Assembly (NCBI GenBank): GCA_963666365.2
Contig: CAXXNF010000001.1
Location: 32,001-96,000, forward strand
Direction: 5' to 3'
Origin: Syntrophales bacterium
GTDB taxonomy: Bacteria; Desulfobacterota; Syntrophia; Syntrophales; UBA2210
Length of the DNA: 64,000 nt
In this document: piece by piece, positions 61,105-64,000 of the stretch
How the letters are laid out: every line of letters begins with the position of its first letter
Numbering within the stretch: the first letter of the stretch is position 1
Notes under the pieces: model-generated
The model's input: only the letters and a program-made list of their open reading frames with translations
The model's database searches: none
What the model was told of the DNA's origin: nothing
Translations under genes and position numbers: made by a program

Positions 61105-61871
61105 TACTTCAGTATCAGTTCCGCCACCTTTTTTCCGGAAAGCAGCATGCCTCCGAAGATCGGTCCCATCCTGGGGCCTCCGAAGGCCGCATTGGCCGCC
61201 ATACCGGCGGCATAGACGCCCGGGCAGATCTCCTTTGTATTTTCGAGGGTAAGCTGTTCCGCCTTGTCGGCCCACATGGAGCGTTCTCCCATCACGCCGC
61301 CCGTCTCCGTATTGAGCGCAATATCGGCCTTTCTGGCAATGACCCGAAGAACCTCCGTATCATGCCCCGTCGTGTCGATAATGGTGTTCGCTTCGATCGA
61401 GAGCGGATCTACATGAAGACCGGCCATCTCCACAGGGGACCAGGTAACAACGAGCCCCGTCACCACCCCTTCGCGGATGATTACATCTTCCACACTCATG
61501 CAGTTGAAAATCTTGGCTCCCGCCTTCATGGCATGGGAACAGATAGTGGTGACGCTTTCCACTGCATCGGCGGTATAGTACCCCGGTTCATATTCACGGA
61601 CGGCAATGCCGAAGAGATCGAGAATCTCCTTTCCCTCTTCCTGAACGACGATTTCGTTGAACATCATGCCGCCACCCCACATGCCGCCGCCGATACTCAG
61701 TTTACGTTCGAAAATAGCCACTTTTTTTCCGGCCTTCGCCAGAAAATAGGCCGCCACAAGCCCGGAAGGGCCGGCGCCGACAATTGCCGTATCGACCGTC
61801 GCGTAATCGCTGAATTTTTCAAGAAAGCGGTTGATAATGGCCCGCGTAATTACTACTTCGTTTAATGACAT
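61104..61871 (-). CDS. thi4: Sulfide-dependent thiazole synthase
   Basis: [32 protein letters not shown]. Confidence 0.95.
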   Translation of the reverse strand: MSLNEVVITRAIINRFLEKFSDYATVDTAIVGAGPSGLVAAYFLAKAGKKVAIFERKLSIGGGMWGGGMMFNEIVVQEEGKEILDLFGIAVREYEPGYYTADAVESVTTICSHAMKAGAKIFNCMSVEDVIIREGVVTGLVVTWSPVEMAGLHVDPLSIEANTIIDTTGHDTEVLRVIARKADIALNTETGGVMGERSMWADKAEQLTLENTKEICPGVYAAGMAANAAFGGPRMGPIFGGMLLSGKKVAELILK

Positions 61872-62004
61872 TGTAACCTCCTTGTGGTTTCTGAATAATT
61901 AACTTCTCGTTATTGTGTTCCCTATGGGCACAGAGGAAATCGTCCTTTTTTCTCCTGCAACATCATCTCCGCGGTGTCCGAGAGGGATGGTTTCTTGAAT
62001 AATC

Positions 62005-63354
62005 CTATATTGCTTGAAGGCGATTCGACAGGCGAAGCACCTTTTCGACCACCTCGGCAGGAGTTTTACCGAGCACTCGAATCACCGGTTCCTTTCCCAC
62101 ATCGCCGCGGTCAAAAATCATATCGGGAATCCTCGTCCGCTTCGAAAGGACCTCTGCAGTGCCCCATTCAAGCGAAGATCCTTCCCGTTCCTTCACATCA
62201 TCAGGCTCATCGGCACGGTCAAACGAATCCACTTTGTAGCCAAGTTCGCGACACACCGAAATTATCTCTTCAGAAAACCGTATATCGATTGCCGAACGGT
62301 AGAGCCCGTCGTATTTCATTGCCGTAAGCACGATACGCGCCACATGGCTGGAGGCGCCAAAATCCGGATCATGCAGCGTTTCAGCCTTTTCACCGACACG
62401 CACAATCCTTCCGGGCACTCCCGCCACATCGGCCCGATCAAGCGCATAGGGAAGCGCGTAGACAAAGTTCGACTGGATTTCGGGGATAAGATTGCCGCAC
62501 TTTGCATCTTTCAACGTTTCCACTGCATCGCGAAGCTCCTTCACACAGCGGTAACGATCACATTCCCGGAAGAGCATTGCCATGTGATTGGTGGGCCCGT
62601 GACCGGCGCCTATCCGAAGTGAAAAACGAATGGCCATGGTAATGTAGCGCTTTGCCCGCGCCACGGCCTCAAAGGCGCTCAACCCCTGGGCAAGGCCGGT
62701 GGCAATGGCTGCCGAAGTGGTGCACCCCGTGCCGTGCGTGTCTTCCGTGGGAATTCTCTCGGCGGAAAACTCATGAAACCGTACACCGTCATACAAGATA
62801 TCGCACGCATCACCGGACAGGTGTCCCCCTTTGATCAGAACGTTCTGTGCGCCCATGCCGTATATGGCCTGAGCGGCCTTTTTCATATCATCCTCATTGT
62901 CTATGGAACGCCCCGACAACACCTCCGCCTCCGGAATGTTGGGCGTTACCACGTAGGAAAGCGGGAGCAGGCGCTCAATAAGGGTTGTTTTTGCATCCTC
63001 CCTGATCAGCATCGCCCCTCCCTTCGCCACCATCACAGGGTCGACCACAAGTTTCTTGATCTGATACTGTACAATTTTTTCGGCCACCACCCCGATAATT
63101 TCCGGACTTGCCAGCATGCCTGTTTTTGCTCCGTCAATTCCGATATCCTCCGCCACTGCATCGAACTGCTTCGCCACAAAGTCGGGAGGCGTCTCATGAA
63201 TCCCGTGGACACCGAGGGTGTTTTGTGCCGTCAATGCCGTCACCACTGTCATACCAAAACCACCGAGGGCGGCAATCGTCTTCAAATCCGCCTGGATGCC
63301 GGCGCCACCACCGGAATCCGAACCTGCAATCGTCAACACTCTATGTACGGACAT
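62005..63354 (-). CDS. thiD: HMP/HMP-P kinase fused to ThiN-type thiamine-phosphate synthase
   Basis: [23 protein letters not shown]-terminal [21 protein letters not shown]. Confidence 0.93.
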   Translation of the reverse strand: MSVHRVLTIAGSDSGGGAGIQADLKTIAALGGFGMTVVTALTAQNTLGVHGIHETPPDFVAKQFDAVAEDIGIDGAKTGMLASPEIIGVVAEKIVQYQIKKLVVDPVMVAKGGAMLIREDAKTTLIERLLPLSYVVTPNIPEAEVLSGRSIDNEDDMKKAAQAIYGMGAQNVLIKGGHLSGDACDILYDGVRFHEFSAERIPTEDTHGTGCTTSAAIATGLAQGLSAFEAVARAKRYITMAIRFSLRIGAGHGPTNHMAMLFRECDRYRCVKELRDAVETLKDAKCGNLIPEIQSNFVYALPYALDRADVAGVPGRIVRVGEKAETLHDPDFGASSHVARIVLTAMKYDGLYRSAIDIRFSEEIISVCRELGYKVDSFDRADEPDDVKEREGSSLEWGTAEVLSKRTRIPDMIFDRGDVGKEPVIRVLGKTPAEVVEKVLRLSNRLQAI

Positions 63355-63365
63355 ATTCTATTTTC

Positions 63366-64000
63366 TCACTCTCTGGGCATCTGCCTATAATGAATGACCA
63401 GAAGGTATCCGGTCTTCACCGAAATATGACCTTCCGAACCCGTAAGCCTGTTGCTTATTCCATAGGGAGAGCCCTGCTCCATCCGGGCATCGGCGAGGGG
63501 ATATTCGAATCCCGACAGTGTGATGCCCGTTGCTTCTTCCGCAAGGGGAAGCAGCGATACCGTCTGTCCGGGAGCGCCCCGTATCGTCGCCGACCCATTC
63601 ACGACGAACAGTTCAGAACAGTCATCAAAAATCCGAATATCGACACCCTGTGCGACACCGGCAACCAGGAGCGAAATATTTGCCAGCCCGTGATCGATGC
63701 GACTCCCCAGGGCGCCCACTATGCGTATGCGGTGTGGCGTCAGCGAAAGGGCATGAATAAGGGCAAGCTCCGTATCCGTCTCATTCTTCGACCGCGGGTA
63801 ACGAAGGATTTTCGAGCCTTTCGCCTCATAAGCGCTGAGCAGATCATCGTCTATGGAATCCATATCGCCTATTATCACAGACGGAATCAGACCCAGGGCT
63901 TCGCAATAACGTGCGCCGCCGTCGGCACAGATAATTGTGGCATTCGCCTCCCGATCCAGTATCTTTTTCACCCATGCCGTATCAGCGATCGTTCCTCCTG
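63366..64000 (-). CDS. Thiamine pyrophosphokinase, 5'-truncated by window edge
   Basis: [31 protein letters not shown]. Confidence 0.93.
   Translation of the reverse strand, partial: GGTIADTAWVKKILDREANATIICADGGARYCEALGLIPSVIIGDMDSIDDDLLSAYEAKGSKILRYPRSKNETDTELALIHALSLTPHRIRIVGALGSRIDHGLANISLLVAGVAQGVDIRIFDDCSELFVVNGSATIRGAPGQTVSLLPLAEEATGITLSGFEYPLADARMEQGSPYGISNRLTGSEGHISVKTGYLLVIHYRQMPRE

Noticed and set aside
61872..62004. TPP riboswitch before thi4
   Set aside because: No CTGAGA core or matching stems; any riboswitch would lie upstream of the operon, outside the window.

Overview
Bacterial chromosomal window whose gene content (cimA, sigma-54 two-component system, ADP-forming acyl-CoA ligase subunits, Thi4, signal-peptide-bearing c subunit) suggests an anaerobic deltaproteobacterium such as Syntrophales; this is inference only. 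Positions 1-17.4 kb are an accessory region ending at the 3' side of a tRNA-Ser/Ser/Arg cluster. It holds small secreted Cys-rich proteins, a BMP-Cache fusion, an aspartate 4-decarboxylase with an apparent signal peptide, and two inverted, diverged copies of a two-gene operon (91-aa membrane hairpin protein + AtpZ/AtpI-family gene). Between the copies lie mobile-element relics: an IS200 end, an integron-type attC cassette, a tyrosine recombinase fragment, a REP-like palindrome and a RelBE pair. Positions 17.8-64 kb are mostly core genes: serS, murJ, yggU/divIVA/yggT, proC, rne/rng, leuB, leuACD and cimA (leuA and cimA with Leu-rich and Ile-rich attenuator leaders), an NtrC-type two-component pair, an orphan atpE + Cache-protein operon, and an archaeal-type thiamine operon. 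The best candidate for an undescribed system is a putative sigma-54 regulon. The orphan c-subunit operon and both hairpin-protein/AtpZ operons share a -24/-12 element and a CGTTCAA motif 137-140 bp upstream. Product calls come from motif recognition by eye; no database searches were run.
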